A model generated the notes under the pieces. The model saw only the letters and a program-made list of their open reading frames with translations, searched no databases and was not told where the DNA came from. A program made the translations under genes and the position numbers. This document shows positions 46,545-59,889 of a stretch of DNA of 64,000 nucleotides, one piece after another (positions within the stretch are counted from its first letter, which is position 1; each line of letters begins with the position of its first letter). The DNA is from Mobula hypostoma (taxonomy: Eukaryota): NCBI RefSeq assembly GCF_963921235.1, contig NC_086097.1:59026001-59090000 (forward strand), written 5' to 3'.

Positions 46545-48550
46545 ACAGAGGTGAGGACCAAGAAGGTATGGTCAAGAGAAGCAGAGAGCTTGCAGGACTG
46601 CTTTGAGTCAGTGAACTGAACAATTTTCAGGGATTCATCTTTGAATCTGAATGAATACACCAACTTCATTGAGATCTGTGTAGTTGAATGTGCGCCTTCA
46701 AGAACATACCAACATACCCAAACTAAAAACCATGGATGAGCCAGGGGATTTGTAGACTCCAGAGGGCTATGTCCATGGCATTTAAGACCGGCGATCCAGA
46801 ACTATACAGGAAGTTCAGTTATGACCTATGGAAGGTTATTTTAAGAAAAACAATTCTGATTGAAGTTAGAGATGGAATCAGATACACCTCAGCTCTGGCG
46901 GGGTTTGCAGCCAATTACTTCCTACAAAGTGAAACCTAATATCGTAAATAGCAGTGACGCTTCATTCCCAGGTATACTTAACACCTTTTATACATGCTTT
47001 GAAAGGGAGAATAAAACTTCACCCTCTGCAGCATCTGGTGACCCTGTGATCTCTATCTCAGAAGCTGATGTCAGAACATCTTTCAAGAAGGTGAACCATC
47101 ACAAGGCGTCAAGCTCTGATAGTCTACCTGGTAGGCAAACCTGTATCAGCCAACTGATGGGAGTGTTCAAGGACATCTTCAATCTCTCACTGCTGCATTC
47201 TGAGATTCCCACCTGCTTCAAACGGATGACAGTCATACCAATGCCTAAGAAAAGCAGTGTGAGAAGCCTCAATGAACATCACCCATTTGTTCTCACATCC
47301 ACTCTAATGAAGTGTCTTGAGAGGTAGGTCACAGCTAGAGTCAACTCCTGCCTCAGCAGGGATATGGATCTGCTGCAATTTGCCCATCACTACAATAGGT
47401 CTACAGTGGATGCAAACTCACTGGTTCCCCTCTCAGCCTTGGATCCCCTGGACAACCGCAATATCTATGTAGGGCTGCTGTTCATTGATTACATCTTAAC
47501 GTTCAACACAATCATACCCTCGGTTCTAATCAACAGGCTCCAAAACCTGGGCCTCTGTACCTCCCTATGCAACTGGATCCTTGATTTCCTCACCAGAGAT
47601 ATAAGTCAGTGAGGAACTCCTCCTCACTGAACATCAACACTGATGCACCTCATTGATGCATGCTTAGCCCACTGCTCTACTGTCTCGACACTCATGATTG
47701 TCTCACTTGGCACAGCTCAATGTTAATGTCACAAATATTGTTGACAGAATTTCAGACTGTGATGAGGACGCATACATGAGTGAGATAGATCAGTTGGTTG
47801 AGTGGTGTTGCAATAAAAATTTTGCACTTAATGTCAATACGATCAAGGAATTGATTGTGGACTTCAGGAAGGGGAAGTCATCAGTTCTCATCAAGTGATC
47901 AGCAGTGGAAAAGGTGAGCAGTTTCAAGTCCCTGGGTGACAACGTCTCTGAAAATCTATCCGAGGTCCAATGCAATTACAAAGAAGGCACGACAATGGCT
48001 ATATTTTATTAGGAGTTTGAAGTGACTTAGTATATCACCAAAGGTTCTTGCAAATTTCTACAGATGTACTGTGGAGAGATTCTGGTTGCATCACCACCTG
48101 GTAAGGAGGGGCCTCTACACAGGGTTGGAAAAAGTTGCAGAAAGTTGTAAATTCAGCCAACTCCATAAAGGCACTCACCTCTCCAGCACTAAGAATACTT
48201 TCAAAGTTGGTGCAGCAAAAAGGTGGCATCCATCATTAAGGATCCCCATCACACATGATATGCCCTCTTCTCATTGCTACCATCAAGGAAGAGGTGCAGG
48301 CGCCTGAAGACACACATTCAACATTCCAGGATCAGCTTTTCCCTCTCTGCCATCATGTTTCTGAATAGACACTGAACACATGAACATCATCTCATTATTT
48401 TGTTCTCTCTTCTTGCGCTACTCACAATCTAAATTTTATATATATTTCTTATTATAATTTATTATGTATTGCAATGTACTGTAGCTGCAAAGCATCAAAT
48501 TTCATGACATACCGTATGTCACAGATATTAAACCTGATTCTGACTCTGAA
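46545..48550 (+). mobile_element. Rex1/Babar LINE, degraded
   Basis: GVFKDIFNLSL..SEIPTCFK, LQFAHHYNRSTVDA and LCTSLCNWILDFLT motifs, with a (ctgatt) tail at about 48535. Confidence 0.85.
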
Positions 48551-48569
48551 TAGGCAATACATTGGATTG

Positions 48570-49715
48570 AAGATGATTTACATCTACATGGAGCACTGTT
48601 GCAAGAAAGCAGCATCCATCATCAAAGGCTCCCTCTATCCAGGCCATGCTCTCTTCTTGCTGTTGCCATCAGGAAGAAGGTACAGGAGTCTCAGGACTCA
48701 CACCACCAAGTTCAGAGACATTTATTAACCCTCGAACAACAGGCTCTTGAACCAGAGGGGATAACTTAACTCAGCTTCACTCTGCCCATCACTGAAATGT
48801 TCCCATAACCTATGGACTCACTTTCAAGGCCTCTTCATCTGATGTTCTGTATGTATTGCTTATTTATCCATTCTTCTTATTATTTTGTATTTGCACAGTT
48901 TGTTGCCTTTTGTAACTTGTTTGTTTGTCTGTCATTTTGGGTGTGGTCCCTCTCTGAGTCTATTGTGTTTCATGGATTTACTGTGTATGCCCGCAAGAAA
49001 ATAAATCTCAGAGTTGTATCTGGTGACATATCTAGATTAGATTAGATTAGATTATGAGGACACTTAGTCCTCGTTTATTGTCATTTAGAAATGCATACAT
49101 TAAAAAATGATACAATGTTTCTCCAGAATTATATCACAAGAAACACAGGACAAACCAAGACTAAAACTGACAAAACCACATAATTATAACATATAGTTAC
49201 AACACTGAAAAACAATACCGTAATTTGATAAAGAGCAGACCATGGGCACAGTAAAAAAAAGTCTCAAAGTCCCGTTGGCCTCATCATCTCACACAGACAG
49301 TAGAAGGGAGAAACTCTCCCTGTCATGAACCTCCAAGTGCCACAAACTTGCCGATCCAGCACCATTGGAAGCATCCAACCGCAGTGGACTCTGAGTCCAT
49401 CTGAAAACTTTGAGCCTCCGACCAGCCCTTCAACACCAAGCACTGATCCTCTGCCGAGCGCTTCGACCCCGCCCTGGCCGCCGAGCAACAAGCAAAGCCG
49501 AGGACTCGGAGCCTTCCCCTCCGGAGATTCTGGACCACAGAATAGCAGCAGCAGTGAAGCAGGCATTTCAGAAGTTTCACCAGATGTTCCTTCGTGCTCT
49601 CACGTCTGTCTTCATCAAATCAGGATTGTGCACGGCACCCCACTTGACAAATAACAGACATCACCACCAGAGCATATATACTTTGATAATACATTTACTT
49701 TGAATTTTAAACTTT
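48570..49715 (+). mobile_element. Rex1 3' end, split by an insertion at 49033-49670
   Basis: LLPSGRRYRSLRTHTTKFRD. The 3'UTR resumes at about 49672 (catatatactttgataat). Confidence 0.8.
49033..49670 (-). mobile_element. Non-coding retroelement with (TAATC)n tail
   Basis: tagattagattagattagattatgaggacac is the tail in reverse. The GC-rich 5' half matches 37900-38172. Confidence 0.7.
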
Positions 49716-50683
49716 GATTTGCTTCCATACTGATACTATGAGTTCTTGGGTAACTGAGCCAAACGTAGGATCCACGGACTATGTCCGAATGAATGCAGGA
49801 AATGTTTGATTGGGCAGATATCAAATAGTTGAGAGGTATGTAGCTCCTGTTGGGTTTTTGAAAGCTTCAGAAGAATGGACTCAAGATTTTCAGAGTCACC
49901 CTAAATATTCCTTCTCCAATAGTCATGGGTCAAGGATTCCTTTGGGCCTGTGGGACTGATGCACCTTTTCAAGGAAATGCTGAGATATTCTCTCTTCATC
50001 TGTTAATCAGCTGAGGTGACACAGTGAATATTCTATTTTGAGAATCTGGTGTTCAGCGTATGAATAACGTGGCTTTCTTATCAGAGCCAAATGAATGTTA
50101 TTAATGTCTCAGAGCTGGGGATGTTGGTCTAGTAGCTATTGCTTACTTTGGTTTACTTATCCTGCCAGTGCACTTGAAAGATTATGCGGAGGCAGTGATT
50201 AAATAAATCAAACATCATAAGCAGTGCAGGAATCAAACTTGCATTTTCATATGCCAGTTCTCCTTTACTGTGTGAAGTAATGATTGAAATTCAACACATC
50301 TTCAAATCTAGCAGCTCATGGCGTGACATGGGCCGTACAGATATTGAAGAAACTGGCCGCTCTTGTCATTGCTGCATCCAGTAATTCTGCTGGATTTTCT
50401 TCTCAGCTGGGACTTTCTTCCCTCCATGCTTTCTGTCTGCTAAAGCTTTCAGTTTCTCTCCTGAGCTGGAGCTACTGCCATTTCTTCTACTTCTTCATTG
50501 GCTTCTTTATAGCAACTTTACTGCTATCAAGGATAATTCAAATTCACTCAGCCCTGAAGGGACTGTTGTGGGACTCATGGAGTTTCCCATTGATGGAATA
50601 CGAGGTTACTTACAGGTGGATGGGTGATCCACTCCATACACATGTTTTTTGTGGATTCCTGTTACCTTGATTGCATTTTACAG

Positions 50684-53600
50684 TGCAATAGGGTAACGTG
50701 CGTAATTCACAGCCACCGACGTTGAATTAGGGTTCAGCTTAAGGGGATGGCCTGACATGATGATGTAATATGTAAAGTACTTTTACCGCACTTTGTGTTC
50801 AGTGTTTCGAGTACAACAAGTGGGTTGTTATCGTTTTTCTTAAACATGAGATACCTCTGCCATTTTTATTTGCAAAACCTGCACTGGTGACCACGATGCC
50901 TGAGGACGATTCCAGGGTTATTGAACATGTTAGCCACTGTAGTCACTTTGAAATTGCGCCAGAGTTTTGGGAGCAATATGCCATTGCTTGGTTTATACAA
51001 GCTAAGGCCTAATTTGTGCTGCGAGAAATCACCACTGACAACACCAAATATGTAGCAGCATCACTCAGAAACTCGACTACTGTGAGAGTGGTGAGACTAC
51101 TAGAACACCCGCCTGGACATGCTAAATGCTGGTTGCTGAAAACTCACCTTTTATGGACTTTTGGACTATCAGAGTCTGAGCATGCCAAAGAGTTGTTCTC
51201 TTTGCTCTGCCTGAGCGATGCTAAGCTACTGAAGCAAACAGACCACATGCGGTATCTCCTGGGAAACCGCCATCTTTTTGTCTTATCTTTAAAGAACTCT
51301 TCATTAAGTAAATGCCTGATCAAGTTCTCATAGCCCTCGCTAATGCACCCATGAAGGATTATAGGGAGCTTGCTAAAATGGCTGGTATGCCTTGCAGCTT
51401 TGACAGTGCCAGCATGTCGGGCCATCAGAGGTCTGTAAACATCATGGGTTCCAGCTTCCAGTGTAGTCCACTGTTTATTACAGACGCCTTTCCAGGGCGA
51501 CGCTTCCTGTGTGACACGGTTGCTCGAGTGAGTGTGCTGCCAGCATCGCCTATTGATGTGAAGGCAAAGAGTGATGAAACCTCGCTGGAGACAGCCAACA
51601 GCAGCAGGATCCAGATTTACTGGACACAATGGGTGGCACTCTGCTTCAGTGGGTGATGTTACACATGGGACTTCGTCCTGACTAAGGTGGCTAGACCTCT
51701 GCTCGACGCAGATTTCCTTTGTGCCCAGGGTCTATCAGTCGACCTTAAGAACTGCCGGCTTGTGGATGTCAAGGACTTTAGGCTGATATCCTGCTCCCTC
51801 AGCACGTTCCGCACAATGACTCTGTCAAGCGCATGTATCACCCAATGTGAGTTTACTCGACTACTGGGTGAATTCTCAAACCTCACCAAACCCACATTGC
51901 AAACAAGAGAGAATCTGCAGATGCTGGAAATCTGAGCAACACATACAAAACGCTGAAGAAACTCAGCAGGCCAGGCATCACCTATGGAAAAGAGTACAGT
52001 TGACATTTCGGGCCAAAATTCTTCGGCAGGACTACATTTTCCACTACAGGCACAAAACATGGGATTGAGCACCACATGTCCAGAACTGGCCCACCAGTCC
52101 AAGCTGGTGCACTTATACAGAAGAGCTAGTGAAGGCCGAGTTTGCCAATATGGAAAGACTTGGCATTATATGCTGGTCGAATAGTCCCTGAGCTTTATCC
52201 CTCCATATGGTCCCTAAGTCTGACCGTGGTTGCCACCCACGTGGCAATTACTGATGCCTTAATGAGGCCATCACCCCAATTGTTACCCAATCTCATACAT
52301 CCAAGACATTTTACCAAGTTAACCTTTTCCAAAGTCGATCTTGTTAGGTGCTCCCATCAGGTGTCGTTGTGCTTGGAGGACTTTCCCAAAATGGCAGTGA
52401 TAACCCTGTTTGACCTCTTTGAGTTTCTGCATATGCTATTTGGTATTAAAAATGAAGCATAGACTTTGCCAAGACTGATGGATTTTGTATTAAAAGACTT
52501 AGATTTTCTTTTAGTTTACCTGGATGACATACTTGTCGCCAGTGCATCCAAATCTGAACATCTCTGCATGTTTTTCAAAAGTTTGAGCCAACACGGGTTG
52601 ATTATTAACCCTGCTAAATGCCAGTTTGGGTTGTCAACCATTGACTTCAGAGAAGGTGCAAAACCCCTCCCATCAAAAATAGCTGCTATTATGGATTTCC
52701 CATCACCCTGAACTACTAAAAATCTACAGATTTTAAGCATGGTGAATTTCTATCATGGTTTCATTCTGTGAACTGCTGAACCTATGCTTGCCCTGTACAT
52801 TGTGCTTAAAGGCAATACGAGCTTGACTGGTCATGACTAGGGCCTTTGATAATATCAAACAAGCTCTTTCCAATGCAACCCTGCAGGCGCACTCACTCCC
52901 CAACTCACCTCTAGCTATTACTACTGAAGCTTGTACTGTGGGTGTTGTGCTTGAACAGTTGGTTGGAGGTGTGTGGCAGCTGCTCACCTTCTTCAGCCGG
53001 CAGCTCCGTCTCCCCTGAAAGGAAAGGCAGCACATTTACTGTGAACTTCTTGGCTGTCCATCATTTTCATTTTCTTCTAGAGGGCTGCGATTTCATAGCA
53101 TTCGCTGACCACAAACCCCTCGTGCACACGGTGGCCAAAATATCAGACCCTTGGTCTGCACAGCAGCAACGCCAGCTGGCCGACATATCAGAGTCCACAA
53201 CTGACATACTATATATTGACAGGAAAAATAATGCTGTGGCTGATTTCCTGTCATGGCCAGCTGTTGAGTCCATACACTGGGGGTTGACTGTGCTGACATG
53301 TCAGCCAACCGAGCCACTGACCCAGAGGTCCAGACTCCCCAAGAAGCAGTCTCGAGCCTGCGGCTAGCAGACATTAAATATGGGGAGGCTGGGGTTTCTC
53401 ACCTTTGTGACTTCTCAACCAGTCGCCCTCACCTCATCGTGCCCACAAACCGGAGACGGACTGTTTTAGATGCTATACGTGCCCTCTCGCATCTGGGCTG
53501 GAAGGCCTCACTGGTTGCACTAAAGTTTGTGTGGCACGGGCTTAGAAAGGACTTCCACGATTGGACTGCAGTCTGTGTGGAGTGCCAGTGAGAAAAAATT

Positions 53601-54632
53601 AACTGTTATATCCAGGAGCTATTGGCACCTTTTGAGGTCCTTGAGTTATGGTTTGACCATGTCAATGTGGACTTGTTGTTTCTCTTCCCCACTCCTGCGA
53701 TTTCAAGCACCTCCCTACCATAGTGGACAGTACTCTCAAGTGGCCAGAGGTAATCTCCCTAGCATCGACAATGGCCGCAGACATGGCTTGGGCATTCATC
53801 AGCATCTGGGTTGCTCGGTTTGACACCCCATCTGATATCTCCTCTGACCTCGGTCCTCAATTCATGTCCGGCCTCAGGGCTGCAATGGCCCTGAACCTTG
53901 GCATTAAGCTACATCAACCACGGCGTAACACCTGCAGACCAATGACCTACGCCAGTGGTTTCACCGGTCCTTAAAGATGCTCTGAGGGCTTCCCTGATGG
54001 ATGAATGCTGGCATGATCATCTTCTGTGGGTCGTGCTGGGATTCCAAACAGCTCCAAAAGAGGGTCTGCAGTCATCCGCAGCTGAGCTGGTTTATGGGGC
54101 AGCCATTATGATTGCCAGGTGATTTTATTCCTGATGCCACAACTGCTTCGTCATCCTTTCAACATCATTCCCCCGTCCTCAGTAAATTCAATTTCTTTGC
54201 ACCTATTCCTATGTTTCATCATGGTGTACAGCATTCTTGGCTTCCTGTTGACCCACCCCGTTTGTTTTTGTCTGCCATGATGCACACCAACATCTCCTTA
54301 GGCCCCCATATGATGGCCCTTTCCGCATTTTCACGGACCATGGGTCTCGAGCTGGGTGGTTCATCTGGGCTCTGGACAGGCTCACAATGTTGGTGTTAGT
54401 GAATTTTGGGGTGGTTTGTGTAGGGTAATGCAATTGATGGAAACGTATATAATTCACAGTGCCATCATTGTGTCGGGGGTTCACTCTAAGATGCTGATCT
54501 GACATGACCACGTAATTATGTAGAGTACTTTTACTGTGCTTTATGTTCAGTGTTTGGAGTACAATAACTGAGTTGATATGGTTTTCCTTAATCATAAAAC
54601 GCCTCTACCATTTTTATTTGCAAGTATCTACA
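50684..54632 (+). mobile_element. Decayed Gypsy element, CsRn1-like, with two diverged LTRs of about 200 bp
   Basis: LTRs at about 50684-50883 and 54419-54632, and PBS tggtgaccacga (tRNA-Trp-like). Remnants of gag (TLKL..FW..AIAWF), protease (RFLCDTVARVSVLP), RT (VYLDDILVAS), RNase H (ADHKPL) and integrase (KWPEVISL, SSDLGPQF). Confidence 0.88.
51900..52033 (-). mobile_element. Penelope pseudo-LTR insertion within the Gypsy pol, hammerhead degenerate
   Basis: Homologous to 30491-30619. A short acatt repeat flanks it. Confidence 0.75.
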
Positions 54633-55638
54633 GTACCATCTGAATGCTCCTTCTCCACTTTGTGATTATAGGTTAGTGACTTCAAGGAGTCAATGCAGAT
54701 GCTCCACTTATCTTTAAGGAAGCTGTACACGTTCTTGAATCTGCCTACTAATCTCTTCTCATGAAGGAAATCAGAATGGGATGTATACTTTGGGAATCTG
54801 GTGTTGGGAATGTGAACTAAATCCAAGTACAGCCCTAGTACTGGAAGTGTTTGCCTGGAAGAGAACACAAGCATTGATCCATTTTTCCTTGCAAGGAATT
54901 CAGATTCTTTTGAATACAACCGCAGTGGAAATTTAAAATGTCTTGGCATGCCCACTACACGTAGTCCAGTAGTCCATGAGCTTTGTGCCAGGCCTGAGAT
55001 TTTGATCTTCAGACGTCCTTTTCCTCATTCCATCAAAGATTATGCTGGCATATTAAAAATTATGGTGATTTCTGTATTTACTGAAGTAAGAGGTCCATGT
55101 TTTCCTGTTTGGTAGAGGACATTTGTGTTGCAAGTATCAGGGGTCAGCTTTGAAGGTTAGACCTTTTCCTGAAGAAGCTGAGCTGCAACATTGTGACAAG
55201 GATTGAATAAAGTGTTGGGAAACAACATGGTTTTTCTTTACTCTATTTTTCTCTGAGATTGTTGTATAAATTGCATGTCATTGGGGATCAAGATGAAGAA
55301 TAACAGTGCACTGTTTTGACCTTATGAGAGGACTGCAACAAAGAGCTGAATTGCAGAGGTGTGATGGGAGTAACTACCCATGACATTAAAGCACCGTTTG
55401 ACCAATTGTGACATTAAGACATCTTAGTAAAACTAAAGTTAATTGGCATTTTTTGGAAAAAGCATTCCAAAGAATGGATTCAGGCATCCCACAGAGGACA
55501 AGTTGTGCACGGTCAACCAACCCAGCCCCAGGATGTCTCAACAACAGTTCCCCGGCCCAACCATCTTTTCCCAGTTCGCCAATGATCCTCCAAAATAAGA
55601 TTGGAATTTAAAATGTGAACTAATCAGCAAAATATGTT

Positions 55639-55803
55639 ACATAGAAACATAGAAAATAGGTGCAGGAGTAGGCCATTCGGCCCTTCGAGCCTGCACCGCC
55701 ATTTATTATGATCATGGCTGATCATCCAACTCAGAACCCAGCCTTCCCTCCATACCCCGTGACCCCTGTAGCCACAAGGGCCATATCTAACTTCCTTTTA
55801 AAC
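55639..55803 (-). mobile_element. Short young CR1 3' end
   Basis: (acatagaa)n tail in reverse and 7-bp TSD atatgtt (55632-55638 and 55804-55810). Confidence 0.85.
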
Positions 55804-56429
55804 ATATGTTGTTCTTTTAACTCCTCTACTAATGAAACAATTCCTGTCTGTGTGCAATAAGACCTACACAACATTCAGTCAAGGGCTGATGAGTGTCAGG
55901 TAGTAGTGAATCCTCAAAAGTGCCAAGCAATGATCATTTCCAACAAGAGGGGAGTCTAAACTTCTACCCTTGACATCCAATGCCATTACCATTGCTAAAT
56001 CCCCTGATGATAACAACCAGTTCTAGGCAGCAGGAGCCAGTAAATCCTTGCACAAATGATCTGACCCAGTAAGTCTGATACTGTAATTTTAGGACCCAGC
56101 TGATGGAAAAATTTCATATCCTAATGCCGAACAGGATGCCAGAAAATCAATTTCATGTCTTTTTTTTTTGAAGTTCTCTTCTTCCAAACTTTTCTAAGAT
56201 GCTTTGCCATAGAGAGTTCAGGCACATGAAAAGAGATACCACAGAAAGCATATTGTATGCTGCAGATGAATTCTACATGCTCACAATATTCACAAAATGG
56301 AAATTTCATTACTCTTGAGAATATAGTATTTGCATCAAACATCCTGCTCCAGAGTATTTCTGAACTGAACATCCAGGCAACTTTTGACAAATGCACTACT
56401 TGGATTAATAGTGAGCTGCAGCAGAACTC

Positions 56430-57270
56430 TTCTAACTCACTATATACTTATGACTGTGAGGCTAAGCACAGCTCCAATGCCATATTTCAGTTTGCTTTTG
56501 ACACTACTGTCCACTGGCTGAATCAAATGTGGTGATGAATTAGCATGTAGGAAGGAGATTAAAAATCTGGCGGAGTGTTGCCTCAGCAACCACCTCTCAC
56601 TCAATGTCAGCAAGACCAAGGAAATAATTATTGATTTCAGGAGGAGGAAGCGGGAAGTTCATGACCCAGTCCTCATCGGGGTTCTGAGGTGGAGAGGATA
56701 AGCAACTTTAAGTTCCTCAGGGTTATCATTTCAGAGGATCTGTCCTGGGTCCAGCACATAAGTGCAATTACAAAGAAAAGCACAACAGTGCCTCTACTTT
56801 CTTAGAAGTTTGTGAAGTTTCAGCATGACATCTAAAAATTTCACGAACTTCTATAGACATGCAGTGGAGGCTGGTTGCATCATGACCTGGTCTGAAAACA
56901 CTAATGCCCTTATATGAAAAAACTTCCTAACAGCAACGGATATGGCCCAGTCCATCATGGGAAAAACCCTTCTCTCTGCTGAGCACATCTAAATGGAGCA
57001 CTGTCACAGGAAAACAGCATCCACATCAAAGACATCTACCATTCAGGCCATGCTCTCTTCTCACTTCTGCCATCAGGAAGTACCTACAGAAGCCTCAGGG
57101 CCCGCACTGCCAGGTTCATGAATCATTATTACCTTTCAACCATCAGACCCTTGAACCAGAAGGGTTGACTTCACCCAACTTCATTTCACTAATGTGTTCC
57201 TACATCCTATAGACTCACCGTTAAAGCCTCTTCATCTCATATGCTCTATATTTATTGCTTATATATTTAT
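56430..57270 (+). mobile_element. Rex1/Babar LINE 3' fragment
   Basis: Homologous to 32700-33415. Confidence 0.8.
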
Positions 57271-57299
57271 TTATTTTTCTTAGCTCATGCTAGTAAAAC

Positions 57300-59440
57300 C
57301 TGAGGTATGGGCATAGCCAAATACACTCATTTCTCAATTGTTAGGAACTTTTGGGCTATTCTAGTGTGCTTAGTATTGTGGCTTTCTGGAGAATTACAGT
57401 ACATAAATATTGTGGTGCAGGCCTAATTATATAATGTTATAGTGTAATGACTTCGGGATGATACCAGTTGTAGATATTACTATTGGAAAATATTCATGTT
57501 CCATAGTCTTTCAATTTCCTCTTTCAATTGAATATATTTCTGGTGTTTTTCACTTATTAATTTCTTTATGTTCTGTGTGTTTGGAATAACTATATCTATT
57601 AAGCAAGTTGATCTTGATTTGTTTATCCTGTATTATTATATTTGCACAATTAGTGTAAAAATGGATTGGTCGTAATATAATTTGTGGGAATCTGACTCTA
57701 AAACTGGATTAGGCTTGTATTTATAATGAGTTATGGTGTCTTTCATGAGTTTGTATTTTAAAGTAAGATTTTGGTGAATGATGGTTGCCATTGATTGTGT
57801 CTGTATAAGTCATTAGGTTGAATTAAACTACGGCAGGATCCTGTACTGTGTTAGATTGCCTATGATTTCCCTTGGCATTTTCTTGAAATTTATCATCTTA
57901 AAATTATCAGTCTTTTATTACGCATTTTTGACATTTGTTTGTATTAACCACCTGGTCCTGAATTGCCACAAGGAACCCATCTGTTTCTGGGAAGAGGTCT
58001 TCGACTCTGAGTCAGGTGTTCAATGCTTATTTGATGACATCTAGTCTGTTCAGATTGTGGGGATGTCTCCCACGGAGGGTCATGATCTTCCATTGGTTAA
58101 CTTTACTTCTGTAGTGATAATTTCTTCATTTTTCTGGTTTGTGCTTTCATTTAAGTTTAGTGATATGTACTTCTTATCAGAATTGTATATGTTCGCATGG
58201 AGTGCAGAATCATGTTTTTGCTGATGAAATTATATCCTTAGATTTATCTGACAGCTGTGTAAATTTTTTATATTTGTTATTCCTCTTCTTCCTTCTGTCC
58301 TAGGTAGTGTTAGTCTAAGTGTGTTTGTGGTAAATAGTATCTTTTAAAACCAGTCATTTCAATTCTTAATTTTCTTTGTCAATTTTCCAGATAAGTTTCG
58401 GAATAAGATATTATGCCAGAGAATATATTAATTACAGGTATAGCAAAAGGATTTATTGCATTTGTTATATTTTCACTATTGAGCTCTCTTGGGCAGATTT
58501 TCTTAAGACTTGAAGTAAATTCTGTCGTGTTTTCCCTTTATCGCAGTCTGATCTATTTTCTTTGCTTGTTGATATCCCAGAAACTTATGTTTCATATTCA
58601 TCCATCAGTTGTATTGTAGAATGCTACTCTTTATATTCTCCTAACTCTATTGCTCCATTCTTTATGTTTAACTTTCTGCACTTATCTAATCCAAAGTTCA
58701 TGTCTATATTTTTCAAAAATAATTCTACTGTAGTATTTGAATTAATTGCTTTAGCTTTACTGATGAAGGGGCATATAATTTCAAGTTATCCACATATAGA
58801 TGGTGTGTCGAGGTATAACTTGTTTGATTGTGTCTGATTTGATACACTGTTTTAATTAGAGAGCAGGTTTAAAGCTAGACAAAACCATCATGAACTTAGG
58901 GAGTCGCCCCAAAATGCCTCCATTTATTTCGATAACAGTGACTGTTCTTTTATGGCCGTTAATAGATTGGGGTGATTATAGTATGCTAATGTTGTACTAG
59001 ATGTTGTGGGAATTTTGCAAGTATTGGGTGTACTTTATATAATATGAAGAACTTTGATTAACCATGAGTGTGGGACAAAATCCATTGCTTTTTGAAAGTC
59101 AATGTAACAACATGAAAGATTTCTGCTTTTCTTCTGGGCTTGATTTAGGATTACAGAATCATTTATCAGTTGTTCTTTACATCCTTTCATACCGGTATAG
59201 CATCTTTTCTGCTCCTCTGTAATTATGTGGTATCTATGTGAGTAGTGATTAGGTTGTGAGATGCATGATGTTACAATTTTATATATAGTTTGCAAACAAA
59301 TATTAGGACAATATTTTAATGGGCCATTTGTGATTTCTCCTTTAGGTAAGAGATATGTTTTTCCTTCTGTCAAAAATTCAAGCACATTTTCAGGATTTTT
59401 AAGAAAAATATTGATATGTATTAATAGGTAATGATGAAGG
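57300..59440 (-). mobile_element. R4/Dong-like RLE non-LTR retrotransposon, degraded and AT-rich
   Basis: FLTEGKTYLLPK, EEQKRCYTGMKGCKEQLINDSVI and YIDFQKAMDFVPHSWL (ORF 59035..59385). CRKC knuckle near 57870 and LIDIVIP..EKHQKY RLE remnant near 57530-57600. Confidence 0.75.
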
Positions 59441-59889
59441 GAATAGACTCAAGTTCCATTACTCAGTAATATACATGTGTTATGAATGTGTTTATTTCTA
59501 ATGATCATTTCATGTGTGTCTTTCTTCTCTTAACTGCATCAGTGTTCTCAGTTGTACGTGGACTACTCTCCTGAGAAACACCTGCAGCAGTCACAGCCTG
59601 TGGCATCAGTGGGCTACTTTGAATGCCAGCTGTATCTTTTGAAGTTTCCTGATGCCTTCCCGCCTATTCAGCAGTGCACTACTAGCTGTTCACTTACTGT
59701 CATGCCCAGCGCTAGCTCCAGTCATGCCCTGGCGATCCCCAGCAGCAGCCGTATCACTCTATTCCATAAACGTCTCTCCATTTCTAAAGTGAAAATTCTA
59801 AAGCGGTGTTTCCTTACCTCTTTTAGCCCCGTGACCCCCTAAAGTACACTCATACAGGCGTACACCCCTGTTAGGCTCAATATACTTCC

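Larger units (their letters stand above)
49740..55370 (-). mobile_element. Degraded RTE LINE split by a Gypsy (pieces at about 49740-50683 and 54633-55370)
   Basis: HCLRIIFQVHWQDK and other RTE RT remnants on the minus strand, colinear across the Gypsy. Confidence 0.6.
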
